Positions 19,626 to 29,164 of a stretch of DNA of 64,000 bases are shown here, piece after piece. The notes beneath the pieces are model-generated. The model worked only from the letters and a program-made list of their open reading frames with translations. It searched no databases and was not told the DNA's origin. The stretch is from contig PCXB01000063.1 of assembly GCA_002787535.1 (NCBI GenBank), positions 11,935-75,934 of the forward strand, read 5' to 3'. Within the stretch, counting starts at the first letter, position 1. Every line of letters starts with the position of its first letter. This DNA is from Deltaproteobacteria bacterium CG11_big_fil_rev_8_21_14_0_20_45_16 (GTDB lineage: Bacteria; Bdellovibrionota; UBA2394). Position numbers and translations under genes: made by a program.

Positions 19626-20135
19626 TTAAAAAATGTATTGGATCGAAAGATCAAGTTCGAGGGCAACACTGTTTTTGCCTTGCCTGAAGATATAGCGGCC
19701 GAGACTATCCCCGTAAATCGCCCAGTCTGAACTTAAATAGTACCCAAGACCTACGCGGTAATCAACAAGCGGTGAAAATTTGGAGAGCCTCCGTTCCGTT
19801 CCCCCACCAACCGCCGCGCGAATAGCGTATGGATTAAAAAGTTCATAAACAACCAAATTGAGTTCAGCCATTTGCTTGGACTTATATTTATCGGATTGGC
19901 CCGCGAGTTCGTATTTGAAACTTTGATAGGTAAAGTCAAATTCGGACGTGATATAAAAATCTTTTTTATTCGCCAACGAATAACTCAGTCTAGCACCACC
20001 CGCCAATGCTCCGTTGTCGGATGAATCTGTTACGGATCCACCGCCTTTAATTTCTAGCATCAATCCGCGATCAATTTCGTATTCGAAAGATGATATCAGA
20101 AGTCCGCTAGTTATAAGGGCAAAAATACTTATCAC
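19626..20135 (-). CDS. Small outer-membrane beta-barrel protein (OmpW/OmpX-like)
   Basis: N-terminal signal, alternating amphipathic strands and a C-terminal aromatic ...LSIQYIF. Confidence 0.55.
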   Translation of the reverse strand: MISIFALITSGLLISSFEYEIDRGLMLEIKGGGSVTDSSDNGALAGGARLSYSLANKKDFYITSEFDFTYQSFKYELAGQSDKYKSKQMAELNLVVYELFNPYAIRAAVGGGTERRLSKFSPLVDYRVGLGYYLSSDWAIYGDSLGRYIFRQGKNSVALELDLSIQYIF

Positions 20136-20166
20136 GGTTTTATTTTGAAGCCTTCATTCAAGAATG

Positions 20167-20793
20167 TCATTTCTTAAAAATTAAAGAATAAAGGGGCAGT
20201 TCTTTCTGTAGAAACAACTTTTTGAATAGGCTGGGGGGTTCGCTATGAAACAAATCTCCTTGGAGGCTCTGCATCATGGGGAAAAGTCCCTTTGAGGTTT
20301 GGACCTCCATGAGATGATTCCAATAGTCGGCATGATCAGACAAGAAGCAAAATCTCCCCCCTGGTTTTAGGATCCGATTCAAATGGAAATAGAGAGAGAG
20401 CCGAATCATGCGATGGCATTCATGCCGTTTCTTGGGCCAAGGATCCGGGAACTGAATCCATACTTCATCCCAAAAGTTTTCGGGGCTCATCGCTACAAAG
20501 TCCTCGATTTCGGAGCGCAGGCCTCGAGCTCCCAAGGCTTCCAATTTCTTTTGTGTTTTAAATATTCGCTTGTAACGGCGCTCGACACCGAGGCCGACAA
20601 AGTCAGGATATTTTTCAAGATACTGCGATAAAAAGTGTCCGTTGCCACACCCCAGATCAACCACACACTTTTTGTTTTTATAATGTTCGAAAACCCCGCT
20701 GGCCTCAACAGACATGAGTGGATGCTCGCGAACTCGCTGAACATACGGATTGAGATTTTCAAACTTGGCAGTTTTATACAAGTGCTTCACCAA
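20167..20793 (-). CDS. trmB: tRNA (guanine46-N7)-methyltransferase
   Basis: Motifs VVDLGCGNGHFL and FPDPWPKKRH. Confidence 0.85.
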   Translation of the reverse strand: MVKHLYKTAKFENLNPYVQRVREHPLMSVEASGVFEHYKNKKCVVDLGCGNGHFLSQYLEKYPDFVGLGVERRYKRIFKTQKKLEALGARGLRSEIEDFVAMSPENFWDEVWIQFPDPWPKKRHECHRMIRLSLYFHLNRILKPGGRFCFLSDHADYWNHLMEVQTSKGLFPMMQSLQGDLFHSEPPSLFKKLFLQKELPLYSLIFKK

Positions 20794-21544
20794 CCTTCAA
20801 AGACGGGGAGCTTAGTCCTAGTGGATTTTGGGGGTTCTTTTCAACAATTAAAAGCACGCTAGAACCAAGCTGAAAGGCGGCCAGGGCAGCCCCTTTCTTG
20901 ATTGTTTGATCAATCTTGCTCCATTTTCGTTCAGAAAATTGCCCGAAAGGCGTTGGCATTCTCGAAACGCCCATGGCACCCACACATAGAACATGGACCC
21001 ATCCTAGCTGAGGATGTTGGGTCCTAAAGCTTAGGCGCTCATTTTCGAGATAAAGATGTGGGATCAGTCGGCGGCCTAAAGCGTTAACTGGATAGGTCTT
21101 TCCCGGTACGCGGCAAGCCTCCCAGTGCTCCGCTTCGCAAGGGCTATGGACCCAATGATAATCGTTTGGCGCAAGATAGAGGTTCCAGAAATTTGAAGAC
21201 TTCCATGAGTCCTGAAATTCAAAAAATTCTTGCCAGTTATAGTCGATAGATTTGATCGAAATTGTTGAATTCAAATTAATTTTAGCAGGGCCTTCCATGC
21301 AAGTCGATTCTGTTGGCGAGACGAGAGCGGACGAAGATATAAAAATATCTCGTGATCGAAGAAAATACTGGCCGAGCTTTTTGTGTGAGGCGATGGGTTC
21401 ATCCTCAATTTTGTATAGTTTTCGAAAGCCTGAGATTAAAATTCTATGAACGAAACTTCCCCACGGCCCATAAGCGATAAGATAGACGATCCGATTATGG
21501 ATCGGCACAATCATGCCAATGATAATTCGAAGAAGAAGCGTCAT
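20774..21544 (-). CDS. psd: Phosphatidylserine decarboxylase proenzyme
   Basis: APNDYHWVHSP (DYHRxHxP) and the LGSS self-cleavage motif (FQLGSSV). Confidence 0.75.
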   Translation of the reverse strand: MTLLLRIIIGMIVPIHNRIVYLIAYGPWGSFVHRILISGFRKLYKIEDEPIASHKKLGQYFLRSRDIFISSSALVSPTESTCMEGPAKINLNSTISIKSIDYNWQEFFEFQDSWKSSNFWNLYLAPNDYHWVHSPCEAEHWEACRVPGKTYPVNALGRRLIPHLYLENERLSFRTQHPQLGWVHVLCVGAMGVSRMPTPFGQFSERKWSKIDQTIKKGAALAAFQLGSSVLLIVEKNPQNPLGLSSPSLKVGEALV

Positions 21545-23028
21545 TTGACTTCATGAACTTTCACAAGATTGGTCGTGCCCGGCTTAGCAACCGGCGTTCC
21601 ACTGAGCATGACAAATCGAGTGCCTTTTCTCCACATCTTAAATTCCGTCAGAACTGGACGAGACAGGGCGGGCATTTCGTCTGTATGTTTCATTTTGCGA
21701 ATAATTCCGGGAATTACGCCCCAGACCACAGCCATTCGACGGCAAATGGCTTCAAATGGGCTGAGAGCAAAAATAATAGGCGATGGTCGAAGCCGAGATA
21801 CATAGCGAGCCGTCGCTCCAGAATGCGTAAACGCCACAATGGCCGACGCCTGCAAGTTACTCGTAATATGAACGGCCGCCGCCGTAACTCCGTGTCCGAT
21901 ATCTGTTACACTTTCGTGTAGACGAGTTTCTTGAATATCCGAGAAGCTTTGCTGGTACTGTTCAGTTCGCATAATAATTCGGGTCATGGTTTTGACACTT
22001 TCCAATGGAAATTGTCCGGAGGCCGTTTCAGCCGATAACATCACGGCATCCGTTCCATCCAATACAGCATTAGCAACGTCTGAAGCCTCCGCTCGAGTAG
22101 GGCGAGGACTTCGAGTCATACTCTCCAACATTTGGGTCGCGGTAATGACAAATTTGCCTTTTCGATTGGCAGCCCGAATCATTCTCTTTTGAAGGCCCGG
22201 AACTTTTTCCAGCGGACATTCGACGCCAAGATCACCACGGGCTACCATAATCCCATCCGCAACGTTGATGATTTCCTCTATGTTATGGACCGCTTGGCGA
22301 GTTTCAATCTTGGCGATCAAAGGTATGTCGGGTTGGCTCTTGATCAGTCGCCTTACTTTCATAATATCTTGAGCCTCAGAGATAAAACTAAGGGCAATGA
22401 AATCCACGCCATTTTTAAGACCAAAAGCGATGTCCTTTTTATCCTTGGGCGTAAGGCATGAAAATCCTTTTAAGCGTGTATCGGGAAGATTAACACCTTT
22501 ATTGTCTTTTAAGCTTCCGCCAAAAACCACACGTGTATGAATGGCACGTCCTCGAATTTTCTCAACAACCAAGAATATCAAGCCATCATCCAATAGAATG
22601 CGATGACCTACCTCGATATGTTGATGGAGATTCTTTAAGGAAATGCTTATCTGTCGAGAGCTGCCCACAACTTGATCCGTACGGACAATAAACTCGTCGT
22701 TTTTTCTAAGCTCCACAATGCCTTTTGGAAATTTACCAATTCGAATCTTGGGTCCTTGGATATCTTGGAGGATGCCCAAGTATTTACCTTCTTCCTTAGC
22801 AATTCGGCGTAAACTTTGAATGCTACGCAGGTGATCGGCGTGCGTGCCATGAGAAAAGTTGAGTCTAGCCACATCCATTCCTTCTCGAATCATTTGCCTC
22901 AATATCTTCGGATCCTGGCAGCTCGGGCCCATCGTGCAGACAATCTTCGCTCGTTTGAGGCGAATGCTTTCGCCTGTCAAAGGATTGCTACGATCGATTA
23001 ACTTAAAAAAATCAATTTCTGATTTCAT
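21541..23028 (-). CDS. pyk: Pyruvate kinase
   Basis: KIVCTMGPS...ARLNFSHG...MVARGDLG fingerprint. Confidence 0.9.
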   Translation of the reverse strand: MKSEIDFFKLIDRSNPLTGESIRLKRAKIVCTMGPSCQDPKILRQMIREGMDVARLNFSHGTHADHLRSIQSLRRIAKEEGKYLGILQDIQGPKIRIGKFPKGIVELRKNDEFIVRTDQVVGSSRQISISLKNLHQHIEVGHRILLDDGLIFLVVEKIRGRAIHTRVVFGGSLKDNKGVNLPDTRLKGFSCLTPKDKKDIAFGLKNGVDFIALSFISEAQDIMKVRRLIKSQPDIPLIAKIETRQAVHNIEEIINVADGIMVARGDLGVECPLEKVPGLQKRMIRAANRKGKFVITATQMLESMTRSPRPTRAEASDVANAVLDGTDAVMLSAETASGQFPLESVKTMTRIIMRTEQYQQSFSDIQETRLHESVTDIGHGVTAAAVHITSNLQASAIVAFTHSGATARYVSRLRPSPIIFALSPFEAICRRMAVVWGVIPGIIRKMKHTDEMPALSRPVLTEFKMWRKGTRFVMLSGTPVAKPGTTNLVKVHEVK

Positions 23029-24068
23029 AAACTCTCTTTCATAAAATTTTCAAATTCTTTCGCGCGCGCCTTCCAGGACATTGTCTCCGCGCGCTCAAAT
23101 CCTTTTTTGGCCAAATTATTTCTAAAGTCTTCTTCGGTAAGAAGGCGATGAGCCATTGTTAAAAATTCTCGATTGTAAGAATCCTGAGTAGGCAGTCCAT
23201 CGATTAGAATGCCGGCATCACCAATTGTTTCCGGAAGGGCTCCCAAGCGAGTCGTCAGCGGGACGCATCTAGCGGCCATAGCTTCCATCGCAGTGATGCA
23301 ACTCGTTTCTTCAAAGTGACAAGGGTAAAAGAGAATAGAAGATTTCATAAACTTACGTGCCAAATCCTGTTGCAAAATACTCGTGTGTACATGGCAATCT
23401 GGCAAGCGAGCCAACTCTTCCTTGACCTTGCTATAGCGCGGATCCTCCGTCTGGTCGTATATTTCGTAGCTGCTAAAGATATGAAGTTCGAGTTCTGGAT
23501 TTCGAGTTTTGAGAGCATAAAATAGAGCCGGCACAAACTCGAGCCCACGATAAGGCGTTGATGAGTAGATCAGTCGCATAGGATTTTTATTTTCAGTCCC
23601 GGAGAAATGCTCAAGATGAATCCCATTTTGCAATATGTAGCATTTTTCCCGTGGGAATCCTGAACGAAGACTGATTTCAGTAGCTTGCCAGTGACTAACG
23701 CAAAGAAGCGCATCAATTCTATCACTGATTCGTTTGTCCCCGATTCCATAATTGGGGAACTGGTCATAAGAATCACCGGTCCAAAAAAATATCTTCTTCG
23801 TCTTCACTTTGTAAAAGCAAGGAATCCAGTCTCGGATGCAAATGAAAATATCAAACTCCGGCGCCTTTTCAATTTCAGCGGCCGGCAAATATTTGGGGAA
23901 CGAAGGGGGAGGCTTGGTGTGTGAGCCATAAATGTAAACTTCATGCCCCAGCTTTTGGAGTTCTTCGGCCATTCGAATCAAACCAGTTTCGGTTCCTCCA
24001 ACCGCTCGTTCTTCTAAACTTTTGGCGTGAATAGGAATAAGGCTTTTAGCGTAAAAGGCTATTTTCAT
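23025..24068 (-). CDS. Family 1/4 glycosyltransferase
   Basis: MKIAFYAKSL...GGTETG N-terminus and a C-terminal E-E...G GT1 donor-binding motif. The ATGA overlaps the upstream aldehyde dehydrogenase stop. Confidence 0.75.
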   Translation of the reverse strand: MKIAFYAKSLIPIHAKSLEERAVGGTETGLIRMAEELQKLGHEVYIYGSHTKPPPSFPKYLPAAEIEKAPEFDIFICIRDWIPCFYKVKTKKIFFWTGDSYDQFPNYGIGDKRISDRIDALLCVSHWQATEISLRSGFPREKCYILQNGIHLEHFSGTENKNPMRLIYSSTPYRGLEFVPALFYALKTRNPELELHIFSSYEIYDQTEDPRYSKVKEELARLPDCHVHTSILQQDLARKFMKSSILFYPCHFEETSCITAMEAMAARCVPLTTRLGALPETIGDAGILIDGLPTQDSYNREFLTMAHRLLTEEDFRNNLAKKGFERAETMSWKARAKEFENFMKESL

Positions 24069-25570
24069 TGAACCGCTCCAAAGATATTTTGTAATGGGCT
24101 GGGAAGGTCGGCGGTCGAGAAAGCTTCCGACTCTTTGAGATAACTGCGAGGGTAACTGCAGTAAAAATAACTGAATAAGCCAGCCGGCCAATTGTTACCG
24201 CTTTTCTTTGTGCCGCCAAATGGCAGAGCGCTGCTGGCGCCAACTGTGGTACGATTCCAATTTAACAAGCCAACACTAAGATGTTGATCAAGAAAGTTAA
24301 ACTTATTTTCGTCGCGGCTAAATACGGCCGATGCGAGTCCGTAGGGCGAGGCTTCGTGAAGTTCAACAAGATGTTCTTGATCCTCAAATGGAATCAGAAT
24401 CGTATTGGGTCCGAAGAGTTCTTCTTGAAGTAGAGGCTTTTGAACGTCGTCGTCGGGTTTTGAGGACTCAAAGACCGAGGGAAGAACAAGGCAATTATTT
24501 TTGTCCAAACGCTGGCTCATTTGGTGAACGACAAAGCCCTGGCTCGTAGCGGTCTGGCACTTGCTGATAAAATGATCAGCTGCTTCGGGAGAGATCATGC
24601 AACCCATAAATGTTTTATCGTCGGATGGATCGCCAATCCGGATTTTATTTGTTGCCATTAAAAACGCGTCTCGAAATTTATCCAATAGCGACTCTTGAAT
24701 AAAGAGCCGTGAAGCGCAGGAACACCTTTGGCCAGCCGTTGCAAAGGCGCTTAAAACAGATTCGCCGATAGCGCGATCAAAGTCAGCATCCTCAAAAATT
24801 ATACATGCGTTTTTTCCACCCAATTCCAGGGCGGCTAAGGTGGCAAGATCTGATCGAGTTTTTAAAAGTCGTTCGGTAATCCGGCGCCCGTTTTGATAAG
24901 AGCCTGTAAAGAAAACGCCTTTAACCAGAGTGTTTTCCACAAGGCATTGCCCCGACTCGGCACCCCCAGGGAGCATTTGAAAGGCGCCAACAGGAAATCC
25001 AGCCTCTTGAAAACAGCGAGCGTAAAGGCCCGCGCAGAGTGGACTATGTTCCGAAGTTTTAAAGATGACGGTATTACCTGCAAGCAGGGCAGGAATGATA
25101 TGACCGTTGGCTAGATGTAGGGGAAAATTGAAGGGACCGATTACAGCGCAGACGCCGCGAGCGAGTAGCTTCATTTCTTGTTTGCCCGTGCGCCCGGTGG
25201 CTTCGATTTGTTCAACCAAAGGCAATAAAGTATCAAGAGTGATTTGTATTTTATTGGAAAGGGCTTTGGCTTCTTGTCTAGATTCCCAGCGTGCTTTGCC
25301 AGATTCCAAAACAATTAAATTTTCAAATTCTGTTTCATGCTTCTCAAAACTCAATTTTAGCTTTTTAAGCAATTCAACGCGCTGGCTTCGAGCCAATGAA
25401 GAGAAGCTAGCAAACTCATCATGGGCTGTAGAAACGGCTTCCTGTACGAGACTTATATCCTCAAACCATCGGCAAAGTGGCTCATTGAGCCTATAGGGTT
25501 GAAGATCCGTCCATTCACGGCCTTTAAGCAAGGACCTAAACTGACCATCGAGATATGCTTCGACTATCAT
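24065..25570 (-). CDS. astD: Aldehyde dehydrogenase, probably succinylglutamate-semialdehyde dehydrogenase
   Basis: GPFNFPLHLANGHIIPALLAGNTVIFK, ELGGKN and FFTGS motifs. It is adjacent to astA. Confidence 0.65.
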   Translation of the reverse strand: MIVEAYLDGQFRSLLKGREWTDLQPYRLNEPLCRWFEDISLVQEAVSTAHDEFASFSSLARSQRVELLKKLKLSFEKHETEFENLIVLESGKARWESRQEAKALSNKIQITLDTLLPLVEQIEATGRTGKQEMKLLARGVCAVIGPFNFPLHLANGHIIPALLAGNTVIFKTSEHSPLCAGLYARCFQEAGFPVGAFQMLPGGAESGQCLVENTLVKGVFFTGSYQNGRRITERLLKTRSDLATLAALELGGKNACIIFEDADFDRAIGESVLSAFATAGQRCSCASRLFIQESLLDKFRDAFLMATNKIRIGDPSDDKTFMGCMISPEAADHFISKCQTATSQGFVVHQMSQRLDKNNCLVLPSVFESSKPDDDVQKPLLQEELFGPNTILIPFEDQEHLVELHEASPYGLASAVFSRDENKFNFLDQHLSVGLLNWNRTTVGASSALPFGGTKKSGNNWPAGLFSYFYCSYPRSYLKESEAFSTADLPSPLQNIFGAVQ

Positions 25571-25608
25571 GGCCCATAGGCTACTGAGGGGAAGCTGGGG
25601 AGTCCAGT

Positions 25609-26640
25609 TTAGAGGAGCGGGCTAATGACGACCGAAGACTCGTCATAGCTAAGTTCTGTGACGAGGCGAAGAACGTCCTCCGAGACCATAATTTTTGAGC
25701 CGTTTTCTACCCATTTGACATGAACGAGTAAGCAGTGGAAAGCCCCTTGCGCCATGAAGCCAAGGAGGACGCGATTGCCGCCATAATCGAGAGTTTTGGT
25801 GTCGATGCCAACGGCTTCCATTCGCTTAACCACGGTAACTTCGCTGACACGAGAGCCATAATGAGGTCCTCCATCAAAGGGGTCGACCGCATTTAAAAAA
25901 CTAAAGCCGATTTTCTCGAGTAAGACTTTGGCAGCGGCTGTTTGACGATTGGTTTGCCCGATCTCATCTTGAGCCTTTTGGTTGAAGAGGCAGGTGTAGA
26001 TGTCCTCGCGAGGAAATAGGTTTTTGATGAAGTCTTTATTGGTCCGCGAAAGGTGGTCAGCCTCTTTGTAGCTTAAGCCGGTAAATCTTTTTCCAAAGGC
26101 TTCCCAAAGTTCACTTGAACCCTGTTCATTAAATGGTGGCAAAAGCTCAGCAATCACATTTTCTTCAAATCTATCTGGAAACATGCCCATATAAATAAAG
26201 CGCGCATAAGAAAGTTGAGCACCCAAGCCGGCGACCGAAGAGCGATAGTCTGGATGGAGAATGAGTCCTCCAATTTCAGTCGGCCCATCGGTATCAAATT
26301 CAAACCGGAGCAGGCGATGTTGAACCTCAATATTTGTCGAAGGGTCGCGGTGGGTTTTGTTAAGAATCTCAAGATAGGTATGCGGGGATTGACGCGTCCC
26401 ATGTTTGGCAAAAATAAGAGAGCTGCCAACAATAATTTTTCGGAAGTAATCTTCGAGAATAAACATATAAAGGTTGTCGGCACGTCGCGAGCTTGGCTTT
26501 TTAAAGCTTTTGGCAGATCGCTCGATTTGTTCGCGAAGTTTGTCTGGATCGCTGGGGATATTGCCAGCGCTACCCAAATGTTTTGCCAAACTCAAAAGAG
26601 CTTCAAAATCCTCGGTCTTTACCTGCCTAAATACGAACAT
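25609..26640 (-). CDS. astA: Arginine N-succinyltransferase family
   Basis: About 343 aa. The N-terminal MFVFRQVKTEDFEALLSL pattern and overall length match AstA/AruF. Confidence 0.65.
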   Translation of the reverse strand: MFVFRQVKTEDFEALLSLAKHLGSAGNIPSDPDKLREQIERSAKSFKKPSSRRADNLYMFILEDYFRKIIVGSSLIFAKHGTRQSPHTYLEILNKTHRDPSTNIEVQHRLLRFEFDTDGPTEIGGLILHPDYRSSVAGLGAQLSYARFIYMGMFPDRFEENVIAELLPPFNEQGSSELWEAFGKRFTGLSYKEADHLSRTNKDFIKNLFPREDIYTCLFNQKAQDEIGQTNRQTAAAKVLLEKIGFSFLNAVDPFDGGPHYGSRVSEVTVVKRMEAVGIDTKTLDYGGNRVLLGFMAQGAFHCLLVHVKWVENGSKIMVSEDVLRLVTELSYDESSVVISPLL

Positions 26641-26723
26641 GAATAAGGTAGTAGACCAAATTCAGGGATCGAATGTCCAGAAGGTCCTGAATCTAGGATA
26701 AGAATACAGTTAGAGGCGCCTTA

Positions 26724-28604
26724 TCAGCTAGCCTCCTGAATAGCCTTCACACTATCCAGATTTTCGACAGCCGATGAATCATAATTTTCTTTCAAGCTTA
26801 CTTTGCGGATAAGGCCTCTAAGGATTTTGCCGGAGCGAGTTTTGGGGAGTGCGGCACAAAATAAAATCTTTTCAGCCGATAAGGCTTTTCCCATTTTTGA
26901 CTGCAGTCGCTTTTGTAAGGATTCTTTCTTCTCCTCGGAAGCGAGGGAGGGATTTTTTAGAACCACAAAACAATAGACACATTCGCCCTTAATTTCATGG
27001 GGGATGCCGACTGCCGCAGATTCGGCGACGTCTAAATCTTCCATCAACGCCGATTCATATTCGTTGGGGCCAACTCTTTTGCCGGCGACTTTGATCGTGT
27101 CGTCACTTCGGCCTTTTAAATACCAAAGCCCATCTTCATCTATGAAAGCCCAATCGCCGTGGTACCAAACGTTCTCGCCAAATCGATCAAAATAAGTATG
27201 AAGATATTTATCTGGATCATGAAGAAAACCCTTCGTCATCGAGGGAAGGGGTGACAAGCAAACAAGATGGCCAAGACCGCTAGAGATCAACTTTCCGCTT
27301 TCATCCCAAGCTTGAGTCTTAACACCTAGCGCTGGGCCGCCAAGGCTGCAGGGTTTAAGCGCATCAAGCGGCGTGGGTGAAAGTAAGCATCCCATAATTT
27401 CAGTTCCCCCACTGATATTAATAATGGGGCATCGAGACTTCCCGACTTTTTCAAAAAACCACAGCCAGCTTTCCTCATCCCATGGTTCCCCCGTGGACCC
27501 AAGAATTCGAAGGTTGGAAAAATTTTGGGATTTTAGAAAGTTCGAATCAGATTTTTTAAGGACTCTTATCGCCGTCGGCGAAATTCCAAATTGCGTGACC
27601 TTATGATTTTCAAGCATTCGCCACAATCGATCCGTGTCTGGATAATCGGGGACACCCTCGTAAAGCAATACAGTTGCACCGTATTGAAGAGCGCCCAAGA
27701 GCTCCCAAGGGCCCATCATCCAACCGATATCCGTATACCAAAAAAAAACATCTGAAGAATGAACGTCAAAGCTATATCGATGTTCTTTCCCTGGTGTCGC
27801 AAGGACACCAAAATTGGTATGCACACAGGCTTTTGGTTTTCCTGTGGTTCCGGATGTATAAAGTAAGAGGCATTCCGCTTCAGCCGGCCTAGAGACAGAT
27901 CCTAATAGTGGGAAGTCTTTGTGACCCTTGTGAAATTCATTTCGGTTAAGTTGAAATACTTTCTTAACGCTTGGGCAGTCCGGAAGAATCTTTTCAAGCG
28001 TTTGATAAACCGGAACTTCTTTGCTGCGTCTATAGGTTTTGTCTTGAGTGATGACAAAGCGAATCTTGGCATCTTGAATTCGAGCTTTGATGGCCTCTTC
28101 ACCGTATCCTGAAAAAATAGGTACTATACTCATACCGGCCCGAAGCGTCCCAAAAAACGAGGCAACCATCTCGAGGCTCATAGGCATAAGTAGCGCAACA
28201 CGATCACCAGGTAGGCCCCCTGCCTCTTGCAAGAGGCCGCATACATACGAAGATTCACGTGCTAAATCTTCGAAGCTCCAGTGGATGGCTGAACTTTCGG
28301 AGTCCGCCTCGAAAATTAATGCCGTCTTATTGGCGCGCAATTGCAAATGTCGATCGACGCAATTTTCGACGATGGAAATTTCACCGCCCTCCGCCCACTT
28401 CGGCCAAGGGAGTCCTGCAGGAAGAAGGCGCTTGTAAGGGCTCGAAAACTTCAAGCCCATATCTTTTAACGCGACCTTCCAAAACCACTCCGTATTTTCT
28501 TCAGCCTTTTGTGCAAGCTCCTTATAATTTTTGCAGGCAGATATTTCGATAAGATTTTGGATATGACTTTTCGCTATCCAAGAGGCTTTAGGCTGATAAA
28601 TCAC
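26724..28604 (-). CDS. AMP-forming acyl-CoA synthetase (acetyl-/acetoacetyl-CoA synthetase family)
   Basis: LLYTSGTTGKPK AMP-binding motif and a YHGDWAFIDEDG...GR core. The protein is 626 aa. Confidence 0.75.
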   Translation of the reverse strand: MIYQPKASWIAKSHIQNLIEISACKNYKELAQKAEENTEWFWKVALKDMGLKFSSPYKRLLPAGLPWPKWAEGGEISIVENCVDRHLQLRANKTALIFEADSESSAIHWSFEDLARESSYVCGLLQEAGGLPGDRVALLMPMSLEMVASFFGTLRAGMSIVPIFSGYGEEAIKARIQDAKIRFVITQDKTYRRSKEVPVYQTLEKILPDCPSVKKVFQLNRNEFHKGHKDFPLLGSVSRPAEAECLLLYTSGTTGKPKACVHTNFGVLATPGKEHRYSFDVHSSDVFFWYTDIGWMMGPWELLGALQYGATVLLYEGVPDYPDTDRLWRMLENHKVTQFGISPTAIRVLKKSDSNFLKSQNFSNLRILGSTGEPWDEESWLWFFEKVGKSRCPIINISGGTEIMGCLLSPTPLDALKPCSLGGPALGVKTQAWDESGKLISSGLGHLVCLSPLPSMTKGFLHDPDKYLHTYFDRFGENVWYHGDWAFIDEDGLWYLKGRSDDTIKVAGKRVGPNEYESALMEDLDVAESAAVGIPHEIKGECVYCFVVLKNPSLASEEKKESLQKRLQSKMGKALSAEKILFCAALPKTRSGKILRGLIRKVSLKENYDSSAVENLDSVKAIQEAS

Positions 28605-28654
28605 AACTTATTGAGCTAGAAAGTCTAACTAAAATCAAGTCGAATTAGGCGCCT

Positions 28655-29098
28655 CTAGTTAGCTTGATCGGCTCGTTTGTTTTCGATTTCCGTTGCGATT
28701 TCCCTGGAGACAAAAAGGCTATCGACTTTCGCATTCAGAACGTCCTTTTCAAAAGGCTTGAGGATAATACCCGACACTTGAAATTTGACGGCTTGTCGAA
28801 TGACTTCTTCTGAGCATTTCCCGCTGATAAGAATAACTAAGGTGTTAGAAACTTGACTGTTTTCTCTAATTTTCTCTAGAAGCTGTAGGCCAGTCATGAT
28901 TGGCATATCCCAATCTGATATAATAAGATCAAAAGCTTTTCCGTCCTTTTGGGCGGTCAGAGCTTTGTTCAAACCATCCATTCCATTGGAGGAGTTCTCA
29001 ATATTTTTGTAACCAGCGCTCTCTAGGAACTCTCGGCAGATCTGTGAAATATCCTTTTCATCTTCAACGATCAAAATATTGATTTGGGATTTGTCCAT
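28655..29098 (-). CDS. Single-domain CheY-like response regulator receiver
   Basis: ILIVEDE...DLIISDWDMP...K pattern: acidic pocket, phospho-acceptor Asp and conserved Lys. Confidence 0.8.
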   Translation of the reverse strand: MDKSQINILIVEDEKDISQICREFLESAGYKNIENSSNGMDGLNKALTAQKDGKAFDLIISDWDMPIMTGLQLLEKIRENSQVSNTLVILISGKCSEEVIRQAVKFQVSGIILKPFEKDVLNAKVDSLFVSREIATEIENKRADQAN

Positions 29099-29164
29099 TT
29101 AAAAAACTCCAGCCTTATGAACTAAAGTTCCATTATGGCCGAGTTTTGGCAAAGATGGGGAGCG

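Noticed and set aside
26655-26700. Imperfect hairpin ATTCAGGGA...GTCCTGAAT between the acyl-CoA synthetase stop and the astA start
   Set aside because: The stem has a bulge and is followed by no U-run on the relevant strand, so it is not a convincing intrinsic terminator or operator.
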